A DNA stretch of 64,000 bases. Source: Eledone cirrhosa. Its lineage: Eukaryota. This document shows, piece by piece, positions 1 to 15,807 of the stretch. Made by a program: the position numbers and the translations under genes. The stretch spans positions 126,480,001-126,544,000 of the forward strand of contig OZ024743.1 in assembly GCA_964016885.1 (NCBI GenBank), given 5' to 3'. Every line of letters begins with the position of its first letter. The first letter of the stretch is position 1. The notes under the pieces were generated by a model. It was not told the DNA's origin. It made no database searches and worked only from the letters and a program-made list of their open reading frames with translations.

Positions 1-540
1 AACAGTATTCAAGGTGTGGTCGGGCAAAAGTAGAGAAGAGAAGGATAATGGTGCGGGAATCTCTCGACTGGAAGGTTCTGAGGATCCAGGAACACATTCT
101 GCGGGCCATGTCAACTTTGCTGCTTATATGCGTGGTCCAGCTTATGTTGCTGTCCACGGTTACTCCCAAGTCTCTGATGTTGTTAGATGCCACGAGAGTT
201 TCCCCGGAGGGAAGGGAGTACGGGAGTTTCAGAGCATCCTCTTTTCCAAAGTGGATCAGTTCGAATTTGTGTTCGTTCAGAAACATGTTGTTCTTTTCTG
301 CCCATTGGGTAACAGCCAGTAGGTCTGACTGAAGGCTTATCCGGTCATCCACGCCATTGATGACCTTTTGGAGCTTGGAATCATCAGCGAAAATTTTAAT
401 GTTGCTGTGTTTGATGATGTCAGTGATGTCATTAATATAGATGATGAAGAGAAGTGGGCCCAACACAGTGCCTTGTGGGACCCCACTACTGACTTTGGCT
501 GGGCTTGATTTGACTCCCTCAACTACAACATGTTGGGTTA
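1..540 (-). mobile_element. CR1/L2-group LINE reverse transcriptase fragment (runs off the window start)
   Basis: Manual minus-strand translation gives VSSGVPQGTVLGPLLFIIYINDI...KIFADDSKL...RDLGVTVDSNISWTTHI...RPHLEYC. These are the GVPQG, FADD and DLGV motifs of non-LTR RTs. Confidence 0.85.
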
Positions 541-550
541 AGAATATATG

Positions 551-633
<83 letters not shown>

Positions 634-651
634 GATTGATTTAGAACGTAG

Positions 652-837
652 TCAGACCTTGACTACTGGGGTCGATTAGAAAACCTGAAACTTTACTCAC
701 TCCAACGTCGCCGTGAGCGTTATATTATCTGCATGATGTGGAAAATGTTCCATCATCACTGCCCAAATGATGTTGGCATCGCCTTCAAGATACACCCAAG
801 GCTTGGGCCCCGTGCTATCCGTCCCATTCAAAAATCT
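652..837 (+). mobile_element. CR1/L2-group LINE C-terminal fragment, opposite orientation to 1-540
   Basis: Translates as LDYWGRLENLKLYSLQRRRERYIICMMWK, the typical 'YxERLxxLxLxSLxRRR' tail of CR1-group ORF2. Confidence 0.7.
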
Positions 838-2450
838 AATCACGATTTAGAACGTAGCACGATGGAAAGCATCCAGCAGATAGCTAATTCCATACACCAG
901 AGTATAACTGTAACTATAGACTTCCCTTCCAAACACCCTAACAATAGACTACCTGTATTAGACACAGAACTCTGGATTAACACTATAGACGAGAGAGCCC
1001 AAATTCTCCACTCACACTATGCTAAACCCATGGCCTCCAAATACCTGATACTCAAAAACTCAGCAATGTCCAGTAGTGCTAAGTTTAATATTCTGATCGC
1101 AGATTTGGTACGAGTGATGAAGAATGTGTCCAGCATGTGCGACCCAACAGAAATGGAAGGACACATCCAACACTTCATCAACCGCATGCAGTTCTCTGGC
1201 TACAACCAAAGAGACAGAGTCAGAGTATACGAAGGAGCCATGGAAAAGTATAAGACCCTCATAGAACTGGACATGAAAGGAATTTGCCCACTATACAGGA
1301 GCAAATCATGGAATAGCTTAGATAGGGCTAGACATAAGATAGGGAAGGCCACATCATGGTACGACAACCAGAGATATCAGAGTGTCATGTTTGTGGACGC
1401 CACCCCAGGAGGGAAATTAGCTAACCAGTGTAGAAAGGCCCTGAGAAAGACCCACTTAAAAATAAAGGTGGTAGAAAAGCCAGGAACCACCATAAAATCC
1501 CTGATCAGCAAAACCTACCCTTTTAAGAAAACCCACTGTACCAATAGGAAATGTATCATATGTAAGGTGAACCCCCGGATAAACTGTAAAACTAGAAACG
1601 TAGTCTATAGCATAAGATGTACAGAGGGTACTTGTAGAAACACGACAACAACATACATAGGTGAGACAGCTCGTAGCATAGGTGAAAGGATAGACCAACA
1701 CTGGGGGGAACTAAAAGGACGAAAAAACGGGTCAGTACTATACGAACATGCTAGACAACATCATGACGGTAACATAGACAACATAGAAATTAGAATAATA
1801 TCTAAACATAGGAATGACCCAGCAGATAGGCAAATCAGAGAGGCCAGTGAAATAGAAATTAGAAGACCAAAGCTAAACAGAAAGAATGAGTGGAACAACA
1901 ACAACACCCAAACAAACAACACTGACCTAAGAGAAGTATAAATAAATAAATAAGTAAATTAAATTAAATAAAATAAGATAAATAAATACATACACAAGCA
2001 CATAAACACACACTAGTCACCCAGCAGACACAACACTATACACACTAGTCACACATCACACACGCAAACGCATGCGCAAAGAAGACAAAATAAAATAAGA
2101 TAAACAAACAAGCAAACAAATAAATAAATATATAGACGGACTGAACAAAAAAAATGGCGTAGACATACAACACAACAGGAGGAACAATGAATATAACACC
2201 ACTGACGATGTTGCAGATGTGCAACGAAAGATTTATGTAAACTATATATATATGTGTTTGTCTATATTGTATCTGTATTATTTTATTTTTGACCGCCGGT
2301 CAGTCAATGGCAACATTGAGGACCGAGTAAGTTAGATCGCAGATATATATATATAAAAGACAGCGAGAAGCGAAAACCAACCAAACAGTGAGTGTGTTCT
2401 GTTATTAATTCTGGCAATATTACGCAAATATGACCCTCCCCAAATATAAC
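838..2450 (+). mobile_element. 5'-truncated Penelope-like element (Naiad-like): RT thumb, GIY-YIG endonuclease and 3' pseudo-LTR
   Basis: ORF 733-1941 contains [17 protein letters not shown], a CxxxxCxxC linker and NVVYSIRC...[16 protein letters not shown]. It is collinear with the C-terminus of the 5870-9328 ORF and ends at (TA)n. Confidence 0.9.
2197..2240 (+). ncRNA. Degenerate minimal hammerhead ribozyme in the PLE pLTR
   Basis: CTGACGA-T-GTTGCA(gatg)TGCAAC-GAAA: core and 6-bp stem II are intact; stems I and III are decayed. Confidence 0.6.
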
Positions 2451-4676
<2,226 letters not shown>

Positions 4677-5665
4677 ACATATAAGATCAAAAGATGGTTA
4701 AATCAGTTCCATGTATTTTATTATGCGCATTTCAAAAACAAATATCATCTTGCAATAACATTTGTGTTTTCATCAGATAAAATAGGAGGACATGATATGA
4801 AGGTTAAAAAACACTTGTGGATAGTGCAGTTTTAAATCAACATATGAAAAGTAGTTTTAGATTGATGTGTGATATTGGGGAAAAAAATCTTTTTGAGGGG
4901 GGGGGGGGTGAAAAAGAGGAGGAGATGAGAGTAAAAAGTGGAAGGGGAGGAGTATAGTGAGGAAGGATGAGATAGGAGGAGAGATGGGTGATAGAGAGAG
5001 AGAGATAGCTTTTATAACTGAGAAAAATATATTGTTTTACATAGAGAGGTTGAAAAACCGTTGGAAGATAATGTATAAATTAAAAGAATTTGAAAATTAA
5101 CGAAGAGAAAAATAATGTAAAGTTAAGGTTTGTATATTGAAGGGTTTAATAATATGTGCGATGAAAAGAAATTGTTAATATGTATTAAGAATAATATTTA
5201 AGGGTTCAATAATATGTGCGATGGAAAGAAAATGTTAATATGTATTAAGAATAATATTTAAGGGTTTAATAATATGTGCGATGGAAAGAAAATGTTGATA
5301 TGTATTATTAAAAAAACAGAAGTAATGTAAGTAAGAATATATTGTGAGATGAGCATGAATAAGTTAGATGAAAGGGAGAAAAAATAATGAATAGAGGATG
5401 AATAATCTAACGTCAAAAATGTTTATGTTTACGAAGGATTTTTTCAAGGTGATATGAAGTAAGAATATGGTGTATTGTGTAATAATTGTTTCTATGTTAG
5501 GCACAGTGAGAAAAGGTACAGATTAGGGGTTAGAAATTAGGAGTGATGTAGAAATAATAAATATGATCTTATATATTATGTATTTGATCTTATATATTAT
5601 GTATACAAACTGTAGAGTGCTTCTTATCCGATATCTGCATTGCTTTATTGTACTACAATAAAACT
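4677..5665 (-). mobile_element. Decayed PLE 3' end / pseudo-LTR
   Basis: Flanked by (TA)n on both sides and carries a minus-strand hammerhead (4714-4784). Also has three ~60-bp tandem units at ~5141-5310. Coding remnants are weak. Confidence 0.5.
4714..4784 (-). ncRNA. Type I minimal hammerhead ribozyme
   Basis: Minus strand reads TATTTTAT-CTGATGA-AAACACAAAT...ATTTGTTTTT-GAAA-TGCGCA-TA-ATAAAATA. Stem I is a perfect 8 bp and stem III is the palindrome ATGCGCAT. Confidence 0.75.
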
Positions 5666-5676
5666 CACCTCCTACA

Positions 5677-5731
<55 letters not shown>

Positions 5732-5766
5732 GTATATATATACATATATATATATATATACATATG

Positions 5767-5818
<52 letters not shown>

Positions 5819-5869
5819 CATATATTTCGTTTCTGAATTTGTTTAGCAAGATTCTTTATCTGAAATCGT

Positions 5870-8800
5870 GTGTTGAAACCGATATTGTTATACTTTGGGA
5901 GGGTCATGTTGCCAATTATTCTAAACATAAAAAAGAAGATCTATAGAGAATTAAGTCATCAAGAAAAACTAAAGCGTAACCTAATACAAGAAATATCTAA
6001 AATCACCACACCAGCAGAAAAACTAACATTTATAAGCCTTATACGCCCCGAAGAACAGTACATTACTCAAGAATGTGATAAGCACTTTAACAGAAAATTA
6101 AAGTGGCTTAAACAGGCAAAGCTAAATCGGGATACTATAGAGTATACCAATAGATATCCCGACAAAATTGACGGTATCAACATGGCCGACACCTCATTAT
6201 CCGAAGAGTTCAACAACAAAAATACCAACATTTATGGAAACACGGAAATAGATAATAATGAAATGTCTGTATTACGTCTGCCACCCAAATTTGCGACATT
6301 CAAGAAGGTAAATATGATTAGTTGTCTGTCAGAAATAGAAAAATCATTTACAAAACTACGCTGGAGCATCAAAAACAAAAGTAACAATATACGCACACAC
6401 ATATACAACACACATCCCAACAACAACAGACACACAGACACAAACAACAATAACAACAACAACAACAATAGCAACATACCCAGATACAACAACAACAGAC
6501 ACGCAGACACAAACAACAATAACAACACACACAACAACGATAACACACACACACACGGAGACAACAACAAAACACATCAACAACAACACACATCAACAAC
6601 AACAACACACACGCATTCAATGCCTCTCACCACCACCACAATCTTAACAAACACACAGACACAGAAAACAAGTAATGACAGTAGCACAGAAATCAGAGAA
6701 ATAAGAGAAAGTAATAGGATAAAAAGGAAAAGGAGATGGGAGACTAAGGACAAAGAGAATAACCAAGACGAACACACAGACACGCAAAATAGGGTAGATA
6801 ACAACATTGAGCCAGTGGAAAGAGACAGGAGTAATTATGAGAGACATAGAAACAACCATGAAGCTGAGGCTGCTGGTGGAAATAGAAATAGAAATAACAC
6901 AACTAACAATAATAATAGCACTAGTACACATAAAGCAGCAGCCTGGAACTCTCCGTTTTATAACCCCTCCGATAAATCATTCGACCTACGACGAGTCCAC
7001 GCCACGACTTTGCCATTTAACAAACGCACGCAGTTGCCGTCGCAGGTCGATGAACAAACAGAAGCACAATTTAGTATAGCTAAATCCGAACTTAGAAATA
7101 TTATAGAACAGTATAGCAAGAAGCATAATAGAATAGAGGCCCAGCAACTGGGAGAAGAATCTGCAAATGGCTTGCGTAAGCTCATGCAGCGCTCGCGTAA
7201 TGGAGAGATAGCATGTTTTCCAACAGACAAGTCTGGCAGAATGTCGGTTGACAGCCTGCCAAACTACATCCAGGCAATGCAACCCCACATCACTAACACA
7301 AGAGAGGTAACACCACAGGAGCATGAGGATAGAGAAAAAGCCCTCAATGCCCATATGGTGATGTGGACGAATATAATGCAGCCCAACAAAAGGACTGCCA
7401 ACAACTTCCAGGCCTGGAACAATGACGTGCCGGCGTTATATGGGCTTCGAAAAGACCATAAAACGGGCTGGGACCCTGTCACGGGACCACCAACACGACC
7501 AGTCTGTGGGGCTAACATTGCTAGTAACTACAGACTGTCCTACTTCCTCTCCCTGATCATACGCCCCATCATTGAGATGTCCCCAGATGTGTGTGACAGC
7601 ACGGAGGACCTCCTCAGCAGAATCGGCGCGGGTAACCGATCTGGGGACCTAACAAACTGCATAATAGGCAGTATGGATGTTGTGTCCCTGTATCCATCTA
7701 TTGACGTGGATTTTGCTGTGGAGAAATGCGTAGAAATGATCAGCGAGAGCAAGGTTGAGTTCCGTGGGATTGATACCAGTGAGCTGGGACTTCTACTTAA
7801 GCTTACCCATAGTAATAGTTACCTAGACACTTATGACCTTAGCAACCTGTGCCCTACAAGACCAGCAAGAGGCAGACCACCTACCATTACCTCAATGGCC
7901 AAGAAAACCCACACAGATAGATGGAACGGGTGGACCAGACCCATACGGACACCCGAAAACCACGATGAACTGAAGAAAATGATTGCACATGCGGTAGGGG
8001 CCAGCATAAAATTAACCCTTAAGGAACATATGTTCAAATTTAATGGTAAAACATATGCCCAAGAGGAAGGAGCAGCCATTGGTGTTAGCATTGCAGGCGA
8101 CATAGCTAACTTATTCATGGTATGGTGGGACAGTAGACTTAAACAAAAACTTAATGAACAATTAGAAGACAGCTTAACCCTGATAATGTACTCCCGCTAC
8201 GTAGATGATATAAACATCGTAGTTAAGACACCCCCACTAAAGAACAGTCAGGAACTAGAGAAAAACACAATGGAAAGCATCCAGCAAATAGCAAACTCCA
8301 TCCACCAGAGCATTAGAGTTACTATAGACTACCCAAGTAGACACCCCAACCATCGATTACCTGTACTAGACACAGAGCTCTGGTTAGATACCATTAACAA
8401 CCAAAAACAAATCCTCTATTCCCATTATGCCAAACCCATGACTTCCAAACATCTGATCCACCGAAACTCGGCCATTTCGGACCATACCAAAATCAACATA
8501 CTGATTGCGGATTTGGTACGGGTGATGAGAAATGTGTCCCGCATGTGCAACCCCGAAGAACTAGAGAGACACATACAACACTTTATCCACCGTATGCAGT
8601 TCTCTGGCTACAATCAGAGAGATAGAATCAGAGTGTATAAAGGAGCCAGAACCAAATGGGAAAAAATGGTAAATAATGACATAAATGGGACCTGCCCCTT
8701 GTATAGGAGCAAATTTTGGAATAGAATAGAAAGAACTAGGAACAAGGCCAATAGAATAAACTCATGGTATGATAGCAATAAATACCAGAGTGTAATGTTC

Positions 8801-9328
8801 ATCAATACAACCCCTAGAGGCGAACTAGCCTACAAATTTAGAAGGGCCTTAAATAAACATAATCTCAATATTAAGATAGTAGAAAGACCTGGTACCTCCG
8901 TAAAAACACTTATTAGCAAGACATACCCGTTCCAAAGACCCTCATGTATAGATAAGAAATGTATAACCTGTAAAATAAGCCCCCATATTAACTGTAAAAC
9001 TAGAAATGTAGTGTATAGCATAAGATGTACTGAAGGACAATGTAGAAACAAAAATATAGTGTACATAGGTGAGACAGCTCGTAGTATAGGGGAACGAATA
9101 AATGAACACTGGCGAGACCTCCAAGATAATAAAGAATCATCTGTGCTCTACCAACATGCTAAGATAGAACACAGGGGTAGATTAGAGAGCATAGAAATAA
9201 AAATAGAATCCACGCACAGAAAAGACGCAATGTTTAGGCAAATTACAGAGGCAGTAAGCATAAAAGAATTAAAACCAAAATTAAATAGAAAATATGAGTG
9301 GAACAGCAACATCACAACTTACAATTAA
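5870..9328 (+). CDS. PLE polyprotein: reverse transcriptase plus C-terminal GIY-YIG endonuclease (1152 aa open frame; true start probably missing)
   Basis: Motifs [61 protein letters not shown], then CIDKKCITC...VVYSIRC...[16 protein letters not shown]. Confidence 0.92.
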   Translation: MLKPILLYFGRVMLPIILNIKKKIYRELSHQEKLKRNLIQEISKITTPAEKLTFISLIRPEEQYITQECDKHFNRKLKWLKQAKLNRDTIEYTNRYPDKIDGINMADTSLSEEFNNKNTNIYGNTEIDNNEMSVLRLPPKFATFKKVNMISCLSEIEKSFTKLRWSIKNKSNNIRTHIYNTHPNNNRHTDTNNNNNNNNNSNIPRYNNNRHADTNNNNNTHNNDNTHTHGDNNKTHQQQHTSTTTTHTHSMPLTTTTILTNTQTQKTSNDSSTEIREIRESNRIKRKRRWETKDKENNQDEHTDTQNRVDNNIEPVERDRSNYERHRNNHEAEAAGGNRNRNNTTNNNNSTSTHKAAAWNSPFYNPSDKSFDLRRVHATTLPFNKRTQLPSQVDEQTEAQFSIAKSELRNIIEQYSKKHNRIEAQQLGEESANGLRKLMQRSRNGEIACFPTDKSGRMSVDSLPNYIQAMQPHITNTREVTPQEHEDREKALNAHMVMWTNIMQPNKRTANNFQAWNNDVPALYGLRKDHKTGWDPVTGPPTRPVCGANIASNYRLSYFLSLIIRPIIEMSPDVCDSTEDLLSRIGAGNRSGDLTNCIIGSMDVVSLYPSIDVDFAVEKCVEMISESKVEFRGIDTSELGLLLKLTHSNSYLDTYDLSNLCPTRPARGRPPTITSMAKKTHTDRWNGWTRPIRTPENHDELKKMIAHAVGASIKLTLKEHMFKFNGKTYAQEEGAAIGVSIAGDIANLFMVWWDSRLKQKLNEQLEDSLTLIMYSRYVDDINIVVKTPPLKNSQELEKNTMESIQQIANSIHQSIRVTIDYPSRHPNHRLPVLDTELWLDTINNQKQILYSHYAKPMTSKHLIHRNSAISDHTKINILIADLVRVMRNVSRMCNPEELERHIQHFIHRMQFSGYNQRDRIRVYKGARTKWEKMVNNDINGTCPLYRSKFWNRIERTRNKANRINSWYDSNKYQSVMFINTTPRGELAYKFRRALNKHNLNIKIVERPGTSVKTLISKTYPFQRPSCIDKKCITCKISPHINCKTRNVVYSIRCTEGQCRNKNIVYIGETARSIGERINEHWRDLQDNKESSVLYQHAKIEHRGRLESIEIKIESTHRKDAMFRQITEAVSIKELKPKLNRKYEWNSNITTYN

Positions 9329-9454
9329 GGACAAAATGAAAACACACACACACATAGAACAAACAACTTACAATTGAAAACACACACAAAATGAAAACAC
9401 ACACAGGACAAAATGAAAACACACACACACATAGAACAAACAACCAACCAACAA

Positions 9455-9501
<47 letters not shown>

Positions 9502-9663
9502 ACAAATAGAAAAATATAAATAGAAAAATAGAAAAATGAACACAAACACACACAGACACCCGGATGTGGCGCATGCGCAAACTGAGCACACAACACACAC
9601 ACAGAAACAAAATGGCGTAGGATAGAAGAAAGGAAAGGCACAGAAACGAAGAAAGGAATCCCC

Positions 9664-9708
9664 AGTCACTGAAGAGGTCACAGAGTGTGTGACGAAAGGA
9701 CTATGACT
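9664..9708 (+). ncRNA. Type I minimal hammerhead ribozyme in the pLTR
   Basis: AGTCA-CTGAAGA-G-GTCACA(gagtg)TGTGAC-GAAA-GGA-CTA-TGACT. Stem I is AGTCA/TGACT, stem II is 6 bp, and the cleavage triplet is CUA. Confidence 0.8.
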
Positions 9709-9887
9709 ATATATATAAACAACTATCTGGTTGTGGAACCAACCAACCAACCAGAAATGTATAAGTTTGTAGATTTGTAAATTTATAAATTTATAAATAT
9801 ATAATAAATTGAAGTGAAAGCAACTGGTGCGTGTGTTTCTTATTGGCAACATGACCCTCCCAAAGTATAACAATATATACATATACA

Positions 9888-9989
<102 letters not shown>

Positions 9990-10035
9990 CATATATATAC
10001 ATATATATATATATATACATATATATACATATATC

Positions 10036-10101
<66 letters not shown>

Positions 10102-10147
10102 CGTATATATATATATATACATATACATACATATATATATATACATA

Positions 10148-10487
10148 TCAGACTAGATCCCTTCTTCCTCCCGTTAGACCTGTACATTCTAACCAGGTTT
10201 GATGGTCTTTATACTCTCTCGTTCACGATTTCACCGAATTTAAATTCATAGAAATTTGGAACTTGACTCCTTCTTCCTCACTTTTCGTTACTTCACCATT
10301 TTGTTTGTTTACACTCGTATTCCCCTTATTTACGTGTCCCAACGACTTTTTTTAGCCGTTGCTCGCATCAACCGGAGGTATATGGTCTTTAAAGCGATGA
10401 AATACCAATGATGGTTGGAAGATCACTGATGAAGGACTAACTTTATTCATATGAAACCCATTAGCAACCCTGCAGCACGTTTTTCTC
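10148..10487 (+). mobile_element. Decayed PLE-like 3' fragment; a related copy lies at ~41860-42110 on the minus strand
   Basis: 10330-10487 aligns by eye with the reverse complement of 41860-42025. Contains CTGATGAAGG...GAAAC and sits between (TA)n tracts. Confidence 0.5.
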
Positions 10488-11465
<978 letters not shown>

Positions 11466-11644
11466 TAGAAGTTATATTTAAATTGTTGGGATACAACAAG
11501 CAAATATTTTTATAACTGATATAAAGCACTCAACAAATTATTGGAGTAAAAATACGATATATTAACAAATGGAAACTATATTTATAAAATATATATATAT
11601 ATGTTTATATATATATATAAAATATATATATATGTTTATATATA

Positions 11645-11928
11645 TCATCATCATCATCATTTTACGTCCACTTTTCCCTGCTTGCAAGAGTGGGACGGGA
11701 ACTGATTCTGGCTTGATTTCTACAGCTGGATGCCCTTCCTAACATCAACCTCATTTACAGTGAGTGCTGGGTGCTTTTTTCCGTGGCACCTCCACGACCA
11801 CTTTGCAGTGAAATGATATGGACCCCAGTCCCTATTATCTCATTTCTACAGCTGAGTAAACTGGAGCAATGGGAAATAAAGTGTCTTGCTCAAGGAAACA
11901 ACACATCACTCGGTCTGAGAATTGAACT

Positions 11929-11930
<2 letters not shown>
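11645..11930 (-). mobile_element. tRNA-derived SINE with an RTE-derived 3' tail (partial)
   Basis: Reverse complement matches the SINE at 40161-40520 (GAGTTCAATTCTCAGACC, CCTTGAGCAAGACACTT, GGAAGGGCATCCAGCTGTAGAAA) and ends in (GAT)n. Confidence 0.8.
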
Positions 11931-11976
<46 letters not shown>

Positions 11977-12064
11977 ATGAAATCGAAAATGCAACTGGAG
12001 TCTTATTTTTAAAAATATATATATATTTATTTGGTTCCTTTACCGTTTCGCAGTCCTTCTGCTT

Positions 12065-13298
12065 ATGGTAGAACTAGAGAAGAAATTCCAAACTTGGAAG
12101 CAGGGACTAGAAAGAAAGGGTCTCAAAGTCAACCTGACAAAGACTAAGGTCCTTGTAAGTAGACTAGAAAACAGAACCCAGATCCCCTCTGGGAAATGGC
12201 CTTGCTCAGTATGTAGGAAAGGTGTAGGTAGGAACTCCATTCTCTGCCCCAAATGCAAACAATGGGTACACAAGAAATGTAGCGGGATCTCAGGAAGCTT
12301 AATTAAGAATGTAGGCTTCACATGTAGCAACTGTGCTGGGACAGCAGGCAGCAAACAGCCACAGGAAACAAATACCACCAATCTCTGGGAGTGCTCTGTA
12401 GAAACAGTAGACAGCTTCTGCTGCATAGGTGACCAAATTTGCAGCGGAGGTGGGTGTTCAGAAAGTACAATAACTAGGGTAAGAACGGGATAGAAGAACT
12501 ACTGCCACTGCTAGCTGCAAAAGGCTTTTCCCTCAAAATGAAAGGCAGACTGTATGATGTGTGTATACAAACAGCAATGTTACATGGTAGTGAGACCTGG
12601 GCGCTGAAGGTGGAAGACTTACGTAGATTAGAGAGAAACGAAGCCTGCATGCTCCGATGGATGTGTAATAGTAATATACGCAAACGGCAAAGCATAAATG
12701 AATTGAGAGAGAGACTGAGCATAAGAAAAATCAAATGCTGTGTGCAGGAGAGGCGGTTCCGTTGGTATGGACATGTGATGCGTATGAAGGATGACAGCTG
12801 CATAAAAAGGTGCAGAGCACTAGAAGTCATTGGTAACCGCGGAGTGGGGAGACCCAAGAAGACCTGGGATGAGGTGATAAAAGCCGACCTTACCCAATTA
12901 CACCTCTCAAAGGCGATGACACACGACCGTGACCTGTGGCATCACGCAGTAATACAGAGTACCCGACCTCCCATGAGTACAAGCTGAAGCATATAGACAA
13001 TATGCCCCCACACCCTCCCACTGCAAAATGGTCGTGGAAGTGCCACGACAAAAAAGCACCCAGCCCACACTGTAAAGTGGACGTGTAGGCGCTACGGTAA
13101 AAAAGCACCCAGCAGTCACTGTAAATGAGGTTGGTGTTAGGAAGGGCATCCAGCTGTATAAATCAAGCCAAAATCAGTTCCTGTATGAGCAAGGCATGGT
13201 CAGCCGGCCGGACACTGCCCACAACAGGGCAACCCGTCTAACCCATTGTAACATGGAAGAACGGGCGTAAAACGGTGATGATGATGATGATGATGATA
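12065..13298 (+). mobile_element. 5'-truncated RTE LINE: RT C-terminus with PHD finger, 3' UTR, (GAT)n tail
   Basis: GLKVNLTKTKVL, MLHGSETW, RFRWYGHVMR, GRPKKTW motifs; contains a stop and a frameshift. Confidence 0.9.
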
Positions 13299-13408
13299 AT
13301 ATATATATATATATATATATACTTATATACACACACATATATATATAACTTGATAACTTTGATAGGTTTCGGCCAGTATTGGCCCAGGCCATGTCTAACT
13401 TAATAGCA

Positions 13409-13561
<153 letters not shown>

Positions 13562-15440
13562 CACTTGATCACCTATAGATCAGGGGAACACGCCAGCCAT
13601 ATAGATTATGTCCTTACTAGAAGACGGGACAAAGTGTCTGTTGTAAACACTAAATCCCTCACCCGTGAAGAATGCACCTCCCAACATAGCCTAGTAGTTA
13701 GTGACCTCACAGTCAGTAATAGACATACTCGACGACAGAGGAGGCCTACCTTGAGGAGAAGAATATGGAAGTTGAAGGACCCCATACCCAATGACAAATT
13801 TAAAAGCTTATTAGGTGATGCCTTTGACAGTAAGGAAGAGCAATTAGAGGCGTGCAATATAGAGGAACAGTGGCAATTCTTGAAAGTGAACCTGCTGAAG
13901 GCGACAGATGAAATCTGTGGCTGGAGCAGACCTATAGGCAGGAGGAGAGTAACATGGTGGTGGAAAAGTAAGGTGGAGGAGTCAATCAAGGCCAAAAAGC
14001 AGGCTTGGAAAATATGGCGGGATGGGGGAAGTAGAGAAGACTATCAAGTGGCCAGGAGGGAAGCTAGGAGACAAGTGTACTTCGCAAGAAGGGAAGCAGA
14101 GGAAAGAAAGTTCAAGCATGTTCTACAACATGAGGACCAAAAACGCAAGGTGTTCAGGATTGCTAAACAATGTGTCAAGGAAAACCGTGATATTGTCGGG
14201 GAGAAGTGTGTCCGTAATGATAACGGTGTACTTGCCCTCACTGATGCTGATAAGAAGATAGCCTGGAAGTGTCACTACGAGAGACTATTAAATGAGGAGA
14301 ATAAGTGGGAAAAAGATAATCTGCCCCAAATCGATCCAATAGAAAGACCAGCGGTGCAAGTTAAAGGTAGTATAATAAGTAAGGCAATCAAAGATATGAA
14401 GACAGGTAAGGCGGCTGGGCCTTCAGAGATAGTTGCTGAGATGTTGAAGGCATCTGGAATGGTGGGACATACTATGGTCACCCGTATAGTTAACCAAGTA
14501 ATACAGAATGGGCTCATACCAAAAGACTGGCGTAGCATCATCATCATTAACTGCTAGAAGGGTAAAGGAGATGCTCTAGATAGAGGAAACTATAGAGGCA
14601 TTAAGTTAGTTGACCAGGTCATGAAGGTCACAGAAAGAGTTATAGCGCAACTAATCAGAGAGCGAATTGATCTGGATGAAATGCAGTTCGGGTTTGTGTC
14701 GGGTAAAAGTACCACAGATGCTCTTTTCCTTGTACGATAACTACAAGAGAAGTACCTAGCTAAAAGTAAACCCCTCTACTTAGCTTTTGTAGACCTCGAA
14801 AAAGCCTTTGACAGAGTCCCCCGCTCCATTATCTAGTGGGCTCTTAGAAAACTAGGTGTAGATGAATGGCTTGTGAGAGCTATACAAGCTATGTATAATG
14901 AAACAGTCAGTAAGGTTAGAATTAACAATGAATAACGTGAAGAATTTAGTGTAAAAGTTGGTGTTCATCATGGCTCTGTCCTTAGCCCCCTCCTATTTAT
15001 TATTGCCCTTCAGGCTATAACAGAGGAGTTCAAGACCGGCTGCCCATGAGAATTGCTATACGCAGATGATCTAACGCTCATAACTGAATCAATGGCTGAA
15101 CTAGAAAAGAAATTCCAAACATGGAAGCATGGCCTAGAATCAAAAGGCCTTAAAGTTAACTTGTCTAAGACTAAAGTCCTAGTTTGTAGAAAGGAAAATA
15201 AGGCACAGATACCCTCAGGGAAATGGCCTTGCTCAGTGTGTAGGGAAGGAATAGGCAGAAATTCAATTTTATGTCCCAAATGCAAAGTATGGGTACATAA
15301 AGGATGTAGTGGGATCACAGGTAAACTATCTAAGAACGTAGACTTTATATGTGGCCGATGCTCAGGTGCAATAGGTAGGAAGTGTCCACAGGATACTAGC
15401 CCCTTCTATTGCCCAGATGGTTCTATAGAAATAGTAGACA

Positions 15441-15807
15441 TTTAGTGTTCTGTCAGACCCAGGATTATTTACTTGAGTAAATATCACCGGAATCTAACTA
15501 CTAATCTTTATACAGAAAAGGATAAGATATATTTATAAACCACCATATCGAATACAAGTCTTCATTTTATTGTAACTCCGTTATAATTGTCGTACACAAA
15601 TATCCTCGTACATATTTAGGTATAGTCCAAGCCCGTGATTAACATGTTCATCTTCCGTGTTGTCGGTTCGAAGGAAAGCGCCAAAGAGAAAGAGAGCGGG
15701 ATGAGTTGCCGCTATTTATAACCTCTTTCCGGAAGTTGCAAAAGAGTTACTTCCCGACTTTCGACGGGAAGTAACTCTAACTACTTCCCTGTCTAGAGAG
15801 CGCTACA
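15441..15807 (-). repeat. 3' LTR of the Gypsy element
   Basis: Begins TGTAGCGCTCT right after the PPT. The same terminus (TGTAGCACTCT) recurs at 17834-17824. Confidence 0.75.

Larger units (their letters stand above)
5826..9876 (+). mobile_element. Near full-length Penelope-like retroelement (Naiad-like) inserted in (TA)n
   Basis: Uninterrupted RT+GIY-YIG ORF and a 3' pLTR with a hammerhead. An inverted copy of the 3' terminal 35 bp lies at 5882-5916. (TA)n flanks both ends. Confidence 0.92.

Noticed and set aside
5141-5310. Three ~60-bp repeats as a possible CRISPR array
   Set aside because: Head-to-tail tandem units with no unique spacers, no cas genes, and a eukaryotic context.
10420-10470. 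CTGATGAAGG...GAAAC as a functional hammerhead
   Set aside because: Stems II and III do not pair convincingly; at most a decayed remnant.
12036-12064. Partial hammerhead-like halves on the minus strand (GCAG..CTGC-GAAAC here; GGCC..GGCC-GAAAC near 13365-13390)
   Set aside because: No CUGANGA half is present; too short to distinguish from chance.
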